This document shows, one piece after another, positions 48,961 through 64,000 of a stretch of DNA of 64,000 nt. The stretch is from Xylographa opegraphella (taxonomy: Eukaryota). The notes under the pieces are model-generated. The model had not been told where the DNA came from and made no database searches. It saw only the letters and a list, made by a program, of their open reading frames with translations. The position numbers and the translations under genes were made by a program. Each line of letters begins with the position of its first letter. Positions within the stretch are counted from its first letter, which is position 1. Location of the stretch: the NCBI GenBank assembly GCA_022813865.1, contig JALDZX010000039.1:1-64000 (forward strand). Direction: 5' to 3'.

Positions 48961-51059
48961 ATGCCATCCGCACCATGGTTCTCGGTACCCAAATCAGCCC
49001 TCGCAAGTGTGGAACATCCGTTCATCATTCATAATGTAGCTAAGGCTGTAGATTCGCTCGGAGGTCCTGTGAAGTTAGCGAAGGTTTACTGTCCGAAATC
49101 CAAGAACTATGTAGACTGTGGAAGACTAATGAAGTGCTAGTTAGTTGATGGGTCGACTGCTGATCAGAAGGCATTCTTGTCTTTGCATCCTTGCGATCGT
49201 ATGTCGGCGCCCCTGTCTTCAGGAAATGTACACACCAACAGTATCCTTCTGTGTATCACTGTCCCAAAAAGAACGGGACGCAAAAGAAAGCGCGGATCTG
49301 CAGAAGGCTTCGATGATATGAGCGTATGTGTGAGCGAGCTGGTTCCTGAAGGTTTCGCGGGTGAAGTGTATCAAAGTAGACCCACGTCCCCTGCCAGTAA
49401 TGCGAGCCGTCTATTTCGAAGCCTTACAGATAACACTCAAAATTATGTTGTTGGGACAGTCGGAGTGATTGAGCAGACTCATAGATTTCGTGGTAAGTCT
49501 GCAATGCTGTGGAATTGAGAGGAGATTCTGAACCTTGCACCCAATGTGTACATGCTTGACTTCTCTGTGACTCCTAGGTATGCCGGATTTTGTCTACTCC
49601 ACTGCGAACAACTCCTTCGTACAGAAGACTAGGAATTACATTCTTCCCTTTGATTGTGAGTTTATTCTTAAAAAGCAGGACGCCTTAAAGTTTGACCGTC
49701 ATGATAGATGAAGCATCTAAGAACTTCGCATTGAATATGGACAAAGGCCCGAAAACAAACGAGGAGTTGATCCCGCCGCCTTTCTTTTCCCATCTATCCT
49801 TGCCATTCAACTATACGTAGGATCAGTAATTCCTGACTAAACTGCACTGCTGACTTGCGATACCAGATACCGGCAAAATCCCACTGTCAAACAGACAGTC
49901 GATACTACTGGGAAGCTCAATACAGTAAATACAGCGATCAATCGGAGAGTGGTAGCAGAGCGCGTGCCATTTGACATTGCAACCGTGCCAATTGCACATA
50001 GTCAGACTCTCCCACCTGTTGAGACGCTTGAAACAGATGCCCTCAATCTCCTACGGGAGCTTGAAGGATATATGAATGAGCGGCCCATCTGGACTCGTAG
50101 GGCCCTTACAAACAGAAACAATACACACCTATGGCGGTCCATGATAAGGACTGTCATTCCATATGTGGGATACATGTTCAGATCAGGCCCATGGCGTGAA
50201 GCGATTGTAAAGTATGGTGTCGATCCACGCAACGACCCTCAGTATCGGGTCTTTCAGACAATGACATTTCAATTCGATATCAGAGGCAAGCAGCATAATG
50301 TAAAAGCTGTCGGATCAAAAGAACCGCGTGCCAAAAAGAGCAAAACTGATGGAAATAGCCACATTTTTAACGGCGTCGAAATGCCCACTGATGGCAAGGT
50401 ATGGCAAGTTTGTGACATCAAGGATCCACTGGTACAGAAAATACTGGCGACGACTCATTTGCGCAAAAGATGTCATGTGAGTGCTTCACCCCATACTGTA
50501 GTTGTTCAGTCAGAGTCTCAATTGTTTTCAGATCAGGGCAGATGGATGGTTTCACAATGGGACATGGGCCAAAGCGAGAACCATTATCAAATCAAAGATG
50601 GCCCAGATTCATGCTGGTAAAAGGCCGCCAAACGATGAGGCATTTGCAAAGATGGTCGCTCTTCCAAACATCTTAAGTGAGGATACCAAATCCCTTTTCA
50701 TACTTTCCAAGGATCAAGCGACAAGCCAAGAAATAGAATGGATCGGGCATGTCCGAGCCTCAGCAAGCACGCCGGAGCCTGGGACCGGGGCTCGTATCCA
50801 ACACGTTGACGTTGAAGAACCTGAAGTTCTTGAAGGAGAGAATCTGGCAACCCAAGGGCGCAACTTGTTCGATCCAAGAGTCGAGGCTGCGCTACAGGGT
50901 TTTCAGCAATCGGGGCTGGGAGACATAGACTATGCAGCAGATGCTCTTGTTCGTGGTGATTCCGATGGAGACAATTCGGGTAGTTCTAATGACGAGGACG
51001 ATGATGGCGAAGACCAAGAAGATAATCTAGACGACGATGATCAAGAAGATGGAACTTGA
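48961..51059 (+). CDS. TFC1: RNA polymerase III transcription factor TFIIIC subunit Tfc1/Sfc1 (tau95); 6 exons
   Basis: SVEHPFII...SLGG, HRFRGMPDF, ERPIWTRRAL, YMFRSGPWR...GVDPR and an acidic C-tail. Introns 49084-49140, 49493-49577, 49656-49707, 49817-49866 and 50477-50531. Confidence 0.88.
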
Positions 51060-51855
51060 CACATCCACACTTCCGGCAATCCCTATTTGGCAGTACTCCA
51101 GTAATTCTATCATAACAAACATTAAACCACAAGCATTACATATTTTCCAAGACCGGGCCATTTTGCCACGCAGTCCGGATGGCATTCCATGAATGAAAAA
51201 TCTTCTACTGCATCTCACCACTAGTAATGACTCTGTGCGGTAGGAAGAGATCGAGCGTGTATCTCCAAAGACTTATGTAAATGTATAATGCCCATGACTC
51301 ACAACTTTACTTGTCTTGACGATATCTGATAGTCCGTGTGCGGAATGATGATGTGTCTGCAAACATCCCCTATCGGCACGGAGTAGACTGTCATGTCGTT
51401 TGGTAAGGCGAGTACTTAGTAGCCAATCCGCCTTGGCTGTGGCCCGTGCAGACAAGGGCATGGCTGCCAGGACCTAGTCACTAGCGCCCGCTTCTAGCGG
51501 TGGTGCTTTGGGGATACCCGCGCCCTCGTCTTTCTCGAATTATTCAGGTCGTCTCTCCCCGCGTTCTGTGGAGGATACTTGCCAGTGCAACGATCGCTTC
51601 ACGGCCGCTTCATTCACTACACCTAGTGTGTTGTCCCGTGAATCAAGCGTTGACCTACTGTTTCTAAGATCATGTACTATGCAGTTCTAGTAGCTCTTTG
51701 CCAGTACTATGTACTCAAGTTCAGAGGAATACTCGCATGTCTGCCCAGAACTTCTTGATGAAGCTCCTCTGCGCCGCCATCTACGCACGACTTGGGTATC
51801 CAAACAATCTCTTGTCATAGCAGCTACTTAGCTGTTAAGTGCCTTGTCGAGCATC

Positions 51856-54800
51856 ATGGCCGAACGAAGTATCGATGCCTTTGCAGCGAGGCTGGGCGAT
51901 ATTAATGCCGGTGAGTACGTGGTGATTTCAGAAGCCATCTTCTGGTAGATAGTTGTTTAGAAGAGAAACGAGAGCTGATCTAGTCTCATCGTCTAGATCC
52001 TAAGACGAAGCTCACACCAGCTATGGAGCTACGCGACAACGTAGAGTTCTTGTGCAGTGGATCTTTGTATCCAATATTTCTCAAGAAACTCTTGCCAATA
52101 TTCGTAAAACTTTTGGAGGGACCACCTGTCTTTATAAGTACCTCATGGGTTCAGGTATGTGCGGCCTTTTCAGCTCAAATTAGGTTGCCTAAGAGGCTGA
52201 TCACATCCTAGCGGCTCCGGAACTGTATATTGGAGATCATTCACCGGTTGCCAATGACTCCTTCCGAAGTCCTCAAACCTTACGCAGGCGGCCTGGTAGA
52301 CCTCCTTATGGGCTTGGTGAAGACAGAGAACGAGGATAATGCCGTCCTGTGCATGAAAATTGTTATGGATCTCGAGCGATCTAATACAGACGCAACCGCA
52401 AATAAAGTCCAGCCATTCTTGGATTTGATTCAAGAAATGTTTGATACCATGGAGCAAGTGGTAATCGACACTTTTGACACGCCGATACAGAATAATACCT
52501 CCGGTTCTACGCCGAACAACTCTCAAAACTTCCAGTCCCCTAGACCAGGATCTCCTTTGGCATCCACAGCTCTGGATCTGAGTATAGATCAGCAAACGGC
52601 AAGACATCTCATCAAAGGGATGCAGTCTTTCAAAGTGCTTGCCGAATGCCCTATAATTGTGGTGTCTCTTTTCCAAGCCCACCGGAACTCTGTCCACAGC
52701 AACGTTAGGACCTTTGTGCCACGCATCAAGGGGGTGCTTTTGCTCCAGGTCAAAGCTCAACAACGAGCGCACGAAGAAGCACAGAAGAGAGGTGACATAT
52801 TCACTGGTGTATCCAAAGACGTGAAGAACCGAGCTGCGTTTGGAGACTTCATAACTGCACAAGTGAAAACAATGAGTTTTTTAGCTTATTTGCTTCGTGT
52901 CTATTCAAAGCAGCTTGAAGATTTTCTGCCTTTTCTTCCGGAGATATGTATCCGTATGCTGAGAGACTGCCCAAGCGAAAAGTCAGCAACCAGAAAGGAG
53001 CTACTTGTCGCGATTCGGCATATCGTGAACTTCAATTATCGAGCGATCTTCAGCACCAGGGTTGATGACTTATTAGACGAGCGAACGTTGATCGGAGACG
53101 GGCTCACAGTGTATGAAACTATGAGACCTCTTGCATATAGCATGCTTGCGGATCTGATCCATCACGTGCGGGGAGATCTGACAGCTGCTCAGATCCAGCG
53201 TACCATTGACTTGTTCTCAAAAAACATGCTGGATGACTTTCCAGGCACGAGTTTCCAGACGATGAGCGCTAAGCTCTTGCTGAATATGGCAGAAAGTATT
53301 GCTAATCTACCGAACAAAGAAGACGGGCGACATTTCCTCATAATGATCCTCAATGCTATAGCTGCCAAGTTCGCATCCATGAACAAGGAGTATCCCAACG
53401 CAGTGAAGCTTTCGAAGCTGTACGCTAACCAGAGTACCGGTCTTGTACCTGAAGACCACCTTGCGGATCCAGAGCATCCGCCTGATTGGGACGAGACTGA
53501 CATTTTTACTGCAACACCTATCAAGACATCAATTCCAAGAGACCCTATGGCTAATCCTGTGGACGACAACAAGTTTTTGTTCCAGAATCTTGTGAAAGGG
53601 TTAAAGAACATGTTCTATCGACTTAAGCTGTGTAATCCAGAGGGCCCAAAGTTAGATCCTGCGAATGCTCCATCGAACTGGGAAGATATGTCCCATGGCT
53701 ATAAGGCAGAGGAGGTTGAAGTCATCACGAAGCTTTTCAGAGAGGGTGCCATGGTCTTCAGATATTACAGCATCGAACAGGACCCGGTGGACGGTCACTA
53801 TAACTCACCAGTCGAGTATCTTGCGAACTTATACATGGGCCAGAGCGGGAAAGAAGAGAAGGATCTCCTAGAAACTTTTGCCACCACGTTTCATGCCATC
53901 GATCCCGCCACTTTTCATGAAGTTTTTCACTCACAAATCCCATTGCTATACGATATGATGTTCGAGCATACCGCCTTGCTTCATATCCCACAATTCTTCC
54001 TCGCCAGTGAAGCAACATCACCAAGCTTCGCGGGATTGCTTTTGCAATTTCTGATGGACAGAATCGAAGATGTTGGTACTTCTGACGTTAAAAGGTCATC
54101 TATCCTGCTCCGCATGTTCAAGCTATCGTTCATGGCAGTAACTTTGTTCTCCTCGGCAAATGAGCAGATCCTTCTGCCGCACGTCACAAAGCTAGTGACC
54201 AAATCGATACAGTTGTCGACAACCGCCGAGGAGCCAATGAACTATTTCTATCTACTGCGGTCGTTGTTTCGGAGTATTGGCGGAGGTCGTTTCGAGCTTC
54301 TATACAAGGAGATACTACCACTACTTGAAATGCTTCTAGAGGTCTTAAATAATCTCCTACTCGCTGCAAGAAAACCCCAAGAACGACATCTTTACGTAGA
54401 ACTTTGTCTTACTGTCCCAGCACGGCTAAGTAATCTTCTTCCTCATTTGAGCTATCTTATGCGTCCACTGGTAGTTGCTCTTCGTGCAGATTCAGACTTG
54501 GTTGGGCAAGGTTTACGAACCTTGGAATTGTGCGTGGATAATCTCACTGCAGACTATCTGGACCCAATCATGGCGCCTGTCATTGATGACCTGATGAGCG
54601 CTTTATGGGATCATCTTCGCCCTAGTCCTTACAATCATTTCCATTCTCACTCTACAATGCGTATCTTGGGCAAGCTTGGCGGCCGCAATCGCAAATTTCT
54701 CAATGGGCCTCCAAACTTAAACTTCCGACAGTTTTCCGATGACGAATGCAGCATTGACTTGAAATTGATTGGGTCCAACAAGGAGAGAGCTTTTCCGTCC

Positions 54801-57800
54801 AACATCGGTATAGATCTTGCCATTGCGAAGATCAAAGAAACTCCCAAGGGTGCCGCTGCAAAGAAAGCCGACGCATTCTACAAGCAGCAATCTATGCGTC
54901 TCATCAGTGCCCAGCTCAGACTTCATATTGGGAGTGATACCTTGCCGGAAGATTTTGCGCAGCTTGTTCGGATCCATGCGAATGATCTGGTCGATGGAAA
55001 GTACGATCTTGGGTCAGAACTTCTGGAGAGATCGGATCGTGAGAGATCCATACCCAAGAAAGAATCACAAGAAGTCACTGTCAAGAAGCTGTTGAAGGTT
55101 TGTATGTATGCTACCACAGTGCCTGATCTCAAGTCTGCTGCTTCCAGTCTACTCATGGAAGTCTGTCGCCATTTTACGATCTTGGAACTTGGACGTGCCC
55201 TAGCACAGGCTGCACACGTGCGCAAACCGTTCGACGTCAAGTCGGGTGAAGGTCCACTGTGCATCGACAGCCGCATACTGGCGGATGCTATTGTGGAGAC
55301 CCTCTCGTCCGACAATGCGGTACTACGTGATGCTGCAGAGCTGGTCCTACGAAATGTCTACGATTCCGCTGCTGTAATATTTGGATCGTCGGAGAAGGCG
55401 GATAGATTGCCTTTTTTTGTGCATCTAGCGAAAGTGTTCTGTCACAACTGCTACGAGGAAGAGTGGTTTACTAAGTCCGGTGGATCTCTTGGAATTCATA
55501 TCTTGACCTCGAAGATCGAGTTCTCCGATGCGTGGATTATAGAGAGACAAGTGGAATTTGTGCGTGCTTTGGTGTACATTATCAAGGATATGCCACAGGA
55601 TCTGCCTGCTCACACCCGGATCAGAGCACAGCACACCCTGGAACTGCTATTACGTCGGTGTAATCGTAACACCCCCAAATCTGACATGGAAATACATCAG
55701 AGCCGACTTTACAATCTTTGTGGGTTCCTTATCTTTGAGTTGTGTCACATGAACAAGCATGTTCGTGAGGCAGCACAAAAGTCATTCTCAATTATTGCCG
55801 AAGTCTTAGGGGCCCAAGTACACGAATTATTGGAACCTTTGAAAGACCGTTTGCTGCAACCAATATATAATAAGCCACTACGAGCCCTGCCATTTGCGGT
55901 CCAGATTGGTTATATCGAAGCCATATCATTCTGCCTGCGACTACAACATGGAATTGTCGAATTCTCAGAACCTTTGAATCGGTTACTACTAGAGTCTTTG
56001 GCCTTAGCTGATGCAGACGACGAGTTATTGGCTTCTAAGCCGAACGAATATCGCACAGCTGAGGCTATCATCGAACTCCGGGTGTCTTGTATTAAGTTGC
56101 TCTCGACGGCCTTATCCTTTCCAGAATTTGCAGGACAGCCACAGAATCAGAGCCGTGGCCGCATCATATCTGTCTTCTTTAAATCTCTCTACTTCAAATC
56201 TCCAGAAGTCATCGATGCAGCAAACGCTGGTCTGAAAGGTGTTCTCTCACAAACCAATAAACTACCTAAAGATCTATTGCAGAACGGCCTCCGACCTATA
56301 TTGATGAATCTGCAAGACCCACGAAAACTTAATGTAGGCGGCCTTGACGGATTGGCAAGACTACTAAAGCTTCTCACGAATTATTTCAGAGTCGAGATTG
56401 GTGATAAATTGATTTCGCACATGGAGACGATATCTGATGGTAATGTTCTTCAAAAAACGTCCTTCTCTATGATCGAACAGAATCCGCAAATGAAGATCGT
56501 TACTGCGACACTGAACATATTTCATCTCTTACCAGCTAGCGCAATTACTATGATGCCAAAATTGATTGTAAGGGTGCTCGACCTAGAGGAAAAGCTTAGA
56601 AGAACGCAATATAGCCCATTTCGAGAACCTTTACTCAAATACCTGACTCGATATCCGAAGGAAACTTGGGAAGCATTCGCTCCGAAGCTTGTTGACATCA
56701 AGTACGGGAAGTTCTTTGCCCAGTTGTTGACAAACCCAGCCAGTGGACCAATACGTGATGTCATTGTCGATGATATTGACGGCTTACTCAGGTCTTCCTT
56801 ACTTCTGGAAGAGAAGAAGAGAGATATCGCTATCATCAACGGCATACATGTTATGCACTCACTCTGCCACTACAAAAGCCACTGGCTTAACGAGAAGGAG
56901 AGCACCCGCCAAATCCTACTGGACGCAGGAAAAGGTCTTTATACACGTCAGAAGAACGGCACTCTCATGCCTGACCTACGCTTGGCAGCACATCAGGCTG
57001 GTGAGCAGCTGATGGAGATCTTCACTATTTACTTAGGACAATCGCATGAGGATCTAGATTTTTTCTTCCAGCTGATCGAGTGCACAACTGCTGATGAGTT
57101 GAAGACGCAACCGATCTTCAAGACGTTCCTTTATTCTGGAGTGATCTCGAGTGAGTCGATTGACTACTGGCGCAGCATCGTGATGAGATGTCTTGACCTC
57201 TACTCCACTCGTGGTTCGAGTCAAAAGACTAAGACATTTGCGTTTCGTAATCTCGTTAATCCTATCTTAGCCATGGACATTATGAGAGGCTACCAGCAGA
57301 CTGTCACCGACACAATACCTCGATTAATGGATAAGAGTCTTCTGGATGCAATTCACAATAAGCTCTGGAAGCCGCAGCTCGGCGATTCAAGCGAAGATAG
57401 TGGGCAGCCTGGTGTCGAACATTCCCGTCTAGAACTGCTCCAAATGTCAGCTCTTCTACTAAAATACCACCAGACACTAGTATCAGAGGCTCGTAAAGAT
57501 ATCATCAAATTTGGCTGGAGCTATATACGATTTGAGGACACCATCAACAAGCACGCGGCATATGTTCTCATCGCATTCTTCATAGCGCAATTTGAGTCGC
57601 CTGCAAAAATTGTGAACCAGATTTATGTGGCGTTGCTGCGAGCTCATCAGAACGAGGGGCGTGCTTTGGTTATCCAAGCCCTGGATCTTATAGCACCCGT
57701 TTTGCCAAAACGTTTGAATGGTCCGGGGGATGCTAAATTTCCAATGTGGGCGAAATGGCCCAAGAGAATACTTTCAGAGGAAAGTTCAAATCTTCAACAA

Positions 57801-60800
57801 CTCATAAGTATCTTACATTTCATGATTCGTCACCCTGATCTTTTCTACGAGTCTCGAGAACACTTCATATCACTAATGATACCATCCCTGGTAAAGATTG
57901 CCCAGCCACCTAATCCTTCGAATGATAACAAGAAGCTGGTCCTTTGCGTGATTGATTTGATCTGGAAGTGGGAAGAACGAAGGGTCGACGGGAGAAGTCT
58001 TTCCCCTTCACGATTGTCCGAGTCGCCTCAAACTAGTAAAAGACGACTCGACGGTTCTCATCCAGGATCCAATGGCAGCGTATCACTAATTACAGGCTTT
58101 AAGGCTGTTCCAGCTAACGATTATTGTATTCCAGCTCCTTTGAGGACACAGCTTATCAAGTACCTAGCACAGCTTATGAGTACATTTGTCGAGCGATACC
58201 CCGTTCCCGCGGCAAAGCTGAAGGTTTTACTACCCAATGCTTCTCAGGTCACATCGCCTCCAAACGCTATCTGCCGACAAGCTTTCTGTCTCTTCCATGA
58301 CCTTCTTTCAGCGCGTTATTGGACCGACCTCGAAGTGGATCTCTTTCCGAGGATGACCGAGGCGATTTTGGCATCAGAGAGGACAGATAAGACTGATGAG
58401 AAAACAACAACAGCCACTGTCAATACTCTGCAAATAGTGCGGGTAATAGTGGATTCTAAGTCTGACAGTTGGGTCGCGGGACAAATCGCACTGATCCAAA
58501 AGTTACTCGAAAAACCATTACGAATGGAGAATGCCGAAATCCAAGATTGTCTGCACACAAGTGACAGGGATCTGGATAGTGACCGCTTGATCAGGCCGTT
58601 GTTCAAGCGAGTTCTTGACGCGATCCCGCTGACCAGCGGAGGTGGTGATGAAGATGATATGGAAGTTGAAACACCGTCATCCGAGTTTCTGACCTTTCTA
58701 TCCACAGCTGCATCAGAAACAATGTCGGCCGGCAACCATCTCTGCAGCATCAACATACTATGGACGCTGTCGCAAGCAAGGCCCGCAATGGTTGATCAGC
58801 ATATCCCACATCTCATGCGGGTACTCCAGACAAAACTCGCAAAGGAGCACCTCCAGGCGCAAGGAAATATCCCTGGCCAACCCCCAGTACCTCCAATTGC
58901 CCGGCCTGGAGAGCCAACTCCTAAAACACCTGATGCATATGAACTCGAAATTCAAGCCCAATTAATCTTCAAATCCATTGACATCCTGACTTTGCGGATG
59001 GGTATTTTAGGAGAACAACGTCGTCCTTTCCTTAGTATCTTAGCTTCATTGGTGGAACGATCGCAAAACACCACCTTGTGCGATAAAATTCTCAACATGG
59101 TGGAGGTATGGGTGTTCGAGTCGAACGACCTTTTTCCGACTCTGAAAGAAAAGACTGCGGTACTACACAAAATGCTTGCATTCGAGGCTCGCCAAGATAC
59201 GACGCTACTACATAAATTTTTAGACCTTGTCATCCGAATATACGAGGATCCGAAAATTACAAAGACTGAGCTGACTGTCCGCCTTGAACATGCATTCCTT
59301 GTCGGGACAAGGGCTCACGATGTGGAAGTACGGAATCGCTTTATGACCATCTTCGACCGTAGTCTGACACGAAGTGCCACTTCTAGACTTATTTATGTAC
59401 TAACTTCTCAGAATTGGGACACCCTAGCGGAGAGCTTCTGGCTTAGTCAAGCAATTCAACTGGTGATTGGTTCTGTAGAGATGGCTGTACCAGCGCAACT
59501 ACACGCAGAAGATTTCAAAATGATGCAGCCATCTCAACTATTTAGGAATGCTTCAAACGTTCGAAAAGAGTCTCTGATGCTTGACGACAAGTTTGAGGAC
59601 TTTATGGCAAGCCACAAACGCTTCTATCTATCGTTGGGAGATATCAGAACTCGGGATATACTCGAACCGCTATGTCAACTACAGCATACAGATCCAGAGA
59701 TTGCGCAGCAATTGTGGACGGCCTTATTTCCTATCTGCTGGTCTTCTTTGTCACGTGAGGACCGTATGGAACTGGAAAAAGGAATGGTCACTCTACTTAC
59801 AAAGGACTACCATCAGAGGCAAATTGACCGAAGACCTAATGTGATACAAGCACTTCTCGAAGGCGTGGTACGAGCAAAGCCACGCTTCAAATTACCCGCA
59901 CACGTCATGAAGTTTTTGAGCAAAACCTACGATGCCTGGTATACGGCCACAGTATCCTTGGAGCAATCGGCAATCACTCCGATCATTGACACTCCATCTG
60001 TTCGTGAGAGCAACCTCGATGCACTGGTCGAGATTTATGCCGGTCTACAAGAGGATGATCTCTACTATGGTACTTGGCGGCGCCGTTGCAAATTTGTGGA
60101 GACCAATGCCGCTCTTTCATATGAGCAGAACGGTATGTGGGACAAGGCACAACAGCTCTACGAAGCAGCTCAAATCAAGGCAAGAACTGGGGTAGTCCCT
60201 TTCTCGCAAGGCGAATACATGTTGTGGGAAGATCATTGGGTCATCTGCGCACAAAAGCTTCAACAATGGGATATACTAACCGACCTTGCGAAGCACGAGA
60301 ACTTCAACGACTTACTACTGGAGTCGTCATATAGGAGCTATGAGCTGTGGTCTGGTCCTGAAAATCTCGAGGGCATCAACTCTATCATAAAAGCCGTTTC
60401 GGATGCGCCTACACCCCGGCGGACATTCTTCCAGGCGTTCATGTCCTTACTTAAGCTGCATGAACAGCTAGAGACGCCACAGGACTTCCACCGTGTTCAT
60501 GAAGAAGCTATGCAACTTTCTATTCGCAAGTGGCACCAACTTCCCAAGCGTATCACAAATGCACACATACCCATTTTGCAGGGTTTCCAGCAGCTTGTCG
60601 AGCTCCACGATGCTCAAATGATATGTCAAAGCCTGGCATCGACCACGGCGATCAATCTTGACCAAAAGTCTCAGGAGCTGAAATTGCTTCTTGGAACATG
60701 GCGGGACAGATTACCGAATGTGTGGGATGATATCAATGCATGGCAGGACCTGGTGACGTGGAGGCAGCACATTTTCCAACTCATAAATCGTAAATATCTT

Positions 60801-63542
60801 GCCCTTCTTCCGCCACAGGCCGGCAATGCTACCGGCAATTCCTTTGCCTATCGCGGTTACCATGAGACAGCATGGATAATTAATCGGTTTGCCCATGTTG
60901 CACGAAAGCATCAATTACCGGAAGTTTGCATTTCTCAACTTAGCAAGATATATACCTTGCCGAACATTGAAATTCAAGAAGCGTTCTTGAAGTTGAGAGA
61001 ACAGGCGAAGTGTCACTATCAAAATCCAACCGAGCTCAATAGTGGCCTAGACGTCATCAACAATACCAATCTTAACTATTTTGGTCAACAACAAAAGGCT
61101 GAGTTCTTCACATTGAAAGGCATGTTCTTGGCCAAGCTAAATCACAAGGATGAAGCAAACGATGCTTTTGGGACCGCCCTCTATTACGATATTCGCCTCC
61201 CAAAAGCATGGGCAGAGTGGGGATATTACAACGATACTATGTTCAAAGCTGAACCTGACAACATAGAACGAGCAGCAGCAGCGGTAAGCTGCTACTTAGA
61301 GGCCGCAAGTCTCTTCAAGAACGCGAAATCCAGGAAATTGTTGAGCAGAATCTTGTGGCTACTCAGCGTGGATGGACCCGACAATAGGATATCTCAGGCC
61401 TTCGAAGAGTTTAAGGGAGAATCTCCTGTATGGTATTGGATCACCTTTATACCTCAGCTTTTGACATCCCTTTCTCACCGCGAGGCACGTTTGTCCCGGG
61501 CCGTACTTGTCAAGATTGCCAAAATCTATCCACAGGCACTGTATTTCCTTCTTAGAACAAATCGGGAAGATATGTTGGCGATCAAAAAGCAGAATGATCA
61601 GAAGCAGGAGAGACTAGCGAGACAGCAGAAGCAAGCCTCGCCTGCCATTAAGCAAGATAACTTGGAGAATCTTGTCCCAGGCTACAGCCGTAATGGCAGT
61701 ACCTCGAGGCCTGGGACTGCTAATGGCGACACCCCGATGCAGAATGGAGGCGGTACCAGTGGTACAGGCGGCTCTCCCAAACGTGAATCCGATGGTCAAT
61801 CTCAACCGGTGCCAGACGGGGAGGTAGAAAAGCAGCCTTTAGTACCAAAGAAACCTTGGGAATACTCCGAAGAGATCATGTCAGTGCTCAAGACTGCATT
61901 CCCCTTACTTGCTCTTTCCATGGAAACCATGGTGGACCAGATACAGAAGCATTTTAAGTGTCCGCCGGATGAGGACGCGTATAGACTAATTGTTGCACTC
62001 TTGAATGATGGTTTGTCGGTATGTACTGGCTTTCTTATCAGATAATATGTGGTGGCTAACAAAAAGTAGTACATTGGACGTATGCCAGCTGCTTATGCGC
62101 AAGACTTCAAGCTACCTCCCGCAACAGAGGCAAACATTCGAAAATTCGCTGAGACTATACTACCACCACATATACGCAGCTCGTTCGAGGAGGACTTTGT
62201 CGCCAAGAAGCCAACCATGTACGAGTATATTCACAAGCTTCGGAAGTGGAGAGACAAATTCGAAGAAAAGCTTGATCGACGTACACAGCATCACAGTCTT
62301 GAAACTTACAGCCCGCACCTGAGCGAATTCCGGTTCCAAAAGTTTGATGAAGTTGAAGTGCCTGGCCAGTATTTACAACATCGCGACAAAAATCAAGACT
62401 TCGTCAGAATCGAACGCTTTCTACCAGATGTTGATCTTGTCCGGAGTATTGGGTTTTCCCACCGCCGTCTCCGGATTCGTGGTCATGATGGAAGTGTTCA
62501 TCCCTTCGCTATTCAGCACCCAGCTGCACGGCATTGTAGAAGAGAAGAGCGAACCTTGCAGCTGTTCCGCATATTCAACGGAGTGCTTGCCAAGAGGAAA
62601 GAGAGTAGGCGACGAAACCTGAGCTTCTTCTTACCCCTTATGGTCCCATTGGCACCATCTATTCGTTTAGTCCAAGAAGATGCCGAATACATCTCCTTGC
62701 AAGGAGTCTACGAGGATCACTGTAGAAGGCACGGACTCAACAAGGACGAGCCGGTGCTATTCACAATGGAGAAGCTGAGAGCAATGGCAGAGATGAGGAA
62801 TAACGTGGGTCATTCAGCCTCTTACTATGGCAACTCTGTTACTGACTACCACTCGCAGAAGTATCCTGATCAAGCTCATAATTTGCGTATGGAAGCATTC
62901 ACAGCAATACAGGAGAAATGGGTTCCGAGTATCATTGCTCTCGAATACTTCCAGCAGATCTATCCATCATTTGCGGACTTCTGGCTCTTCCGCCGTCAGT
63001 TCTCATATCAATACGCTGCTTTGACGTTCATGACATTCATCATGCACATGAACAACAGGTTCCCTCACAAGATGTCTATCGCCAAAGGTACGGGAAATAT
63101 CTGGGGATCGGAGCTTATACCTGCCATCAACCAAAACAAGCCAATCTTCAGCAACCCGGAGCCTGTACCCTTCCGATTGACGCCCAACATCCAGACCCTG
63201 ATGGGTCCCATCGCTACCGAGGGAATCTATACCTGCGCTATCATGGCGATCGCGAGATGCCTCACCGAGCCAGAGTTCGAGCTTGAGCAGCAGCTAAGCA
63301 TCTTCGTCCGAGACGAGATGATGTTCTGGTTCACGCAGCAGCATCGGAGTGTGCAGGAAGGGCAATTGAGGGAGACGGTGCAACACAACAGTGACCTGAT
63401 TGTACGGCGGGCTACCAGCCTGGCAGAGCCTCCTTCAGCAGGCAATCTACCAGCCAACCAGACCGTCATCGACTTCATCGCCAAAGCGGTGAATCCTATG
63501 TTTCTGGCCCAGAGCGATGCGTTGTGGATGCCATACTTGTAG
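51856..63542 (+). CDS. TRA1: Tra1/TRRAP PIKK-family pseudokinase (SAGA/NuA4 subunit); 5 exons
   Basis: [17 protein letters not shown] and FAT regions, PI3K-like [13 protein letters not shown] and FATC end [12 protein letters not shown]. Introns 51911-51996, 52155-52211, 62019-62069 and 62805-62858. Confidence 0.97.
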
Positions 63543-64000
63543 GATTGGGCTTTTGGCCCACTGCATTGGGTTCGGGTGGTCGTCGAGGTGTCATTTGTGA
63601 CGGGCGTTGGGACATGTTGGCTTCAGCGAGGCGTCCGGCGACGGAGCGCTTTATTGCATGGGGGTTTGCGACTATGGATGAACGGTTACGGAGGATGACT
63701 TTCTTCACGGCAAAAAGTTGTAGAACAGGGAAATGATTCTCGGTACTTTTGTAATGTGGTACAGGCAATTCAACAGTGGATAGACTTTGGTCGGTGATGT
63801 GACAAGATCTGCCAAGATGAATGCGTAGAACTCCAGATAGTGGAAGGGTGCTCTTCGTGTCAGTGATGCTCCCTATGAACGAATGATGAATTTGGTTTGA
63901 TCGTGTATCGGTATGAATTCTCCGTGTCACACTCCCTAGAAAGCGGTCATCAAAGCCCCTGAAAGTCTCTACTCTGAGTGCCTTACGGGCCCCTAATTGG

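Noticed and set aside
1..64000. CRISPR arrays, intact transposons, rRNA, or prokaryotic operon/defence systems
   Set aside because: The sequence is intron-containing fungal DNA. I saw no repeat-spacer arrays, transposase or RT ORFs, LTR/TIR pairs, or rRNA.

Overview
Eukaryotic window from a filamentous ascomycete (Pezizomycotina). Genes have short GT-AG introns with CTRAC-type branch sites. Positions ~1-13 kb look accessory: an AT/TpA-rich RIP-like edge, a GC-rich secreted periplasmic-binding-like protein, an LtrA-family membrane protein, two tandem frameshifted BTB/POZ paralogs, a cytochrome P450 relic and a LigB-type dioxygenase. Positions ~14-64 kb are mostly conserved housekeeping genes: YIH1/IMPACT, SED5, a ~2,460-aa low-complexity protein, AIM11, GCP5, a GT15 mannosyltransferase, COX6, a fatty-acid elongase, METTL25-like, TLG1, YJU2, RTS1/B56, TFC1 and TRA1. 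The standout observation is a tRNA-Pro(AGG) gene at 27639-27779 that is interrupted twice. It has an ordinary 19-nt tRNA intron at position 37/38 and a 50-nt insertion at the D-loop/D-stem junction (21/22) with full U2-type spliceosomal intron signals (GTAAGT...CTAAC...CAG). Removing both restores an intact 72-nt cloverleaf. Exon boundaries were inferred by eye, gene names come from recalled family similarity, and no database searches were run.
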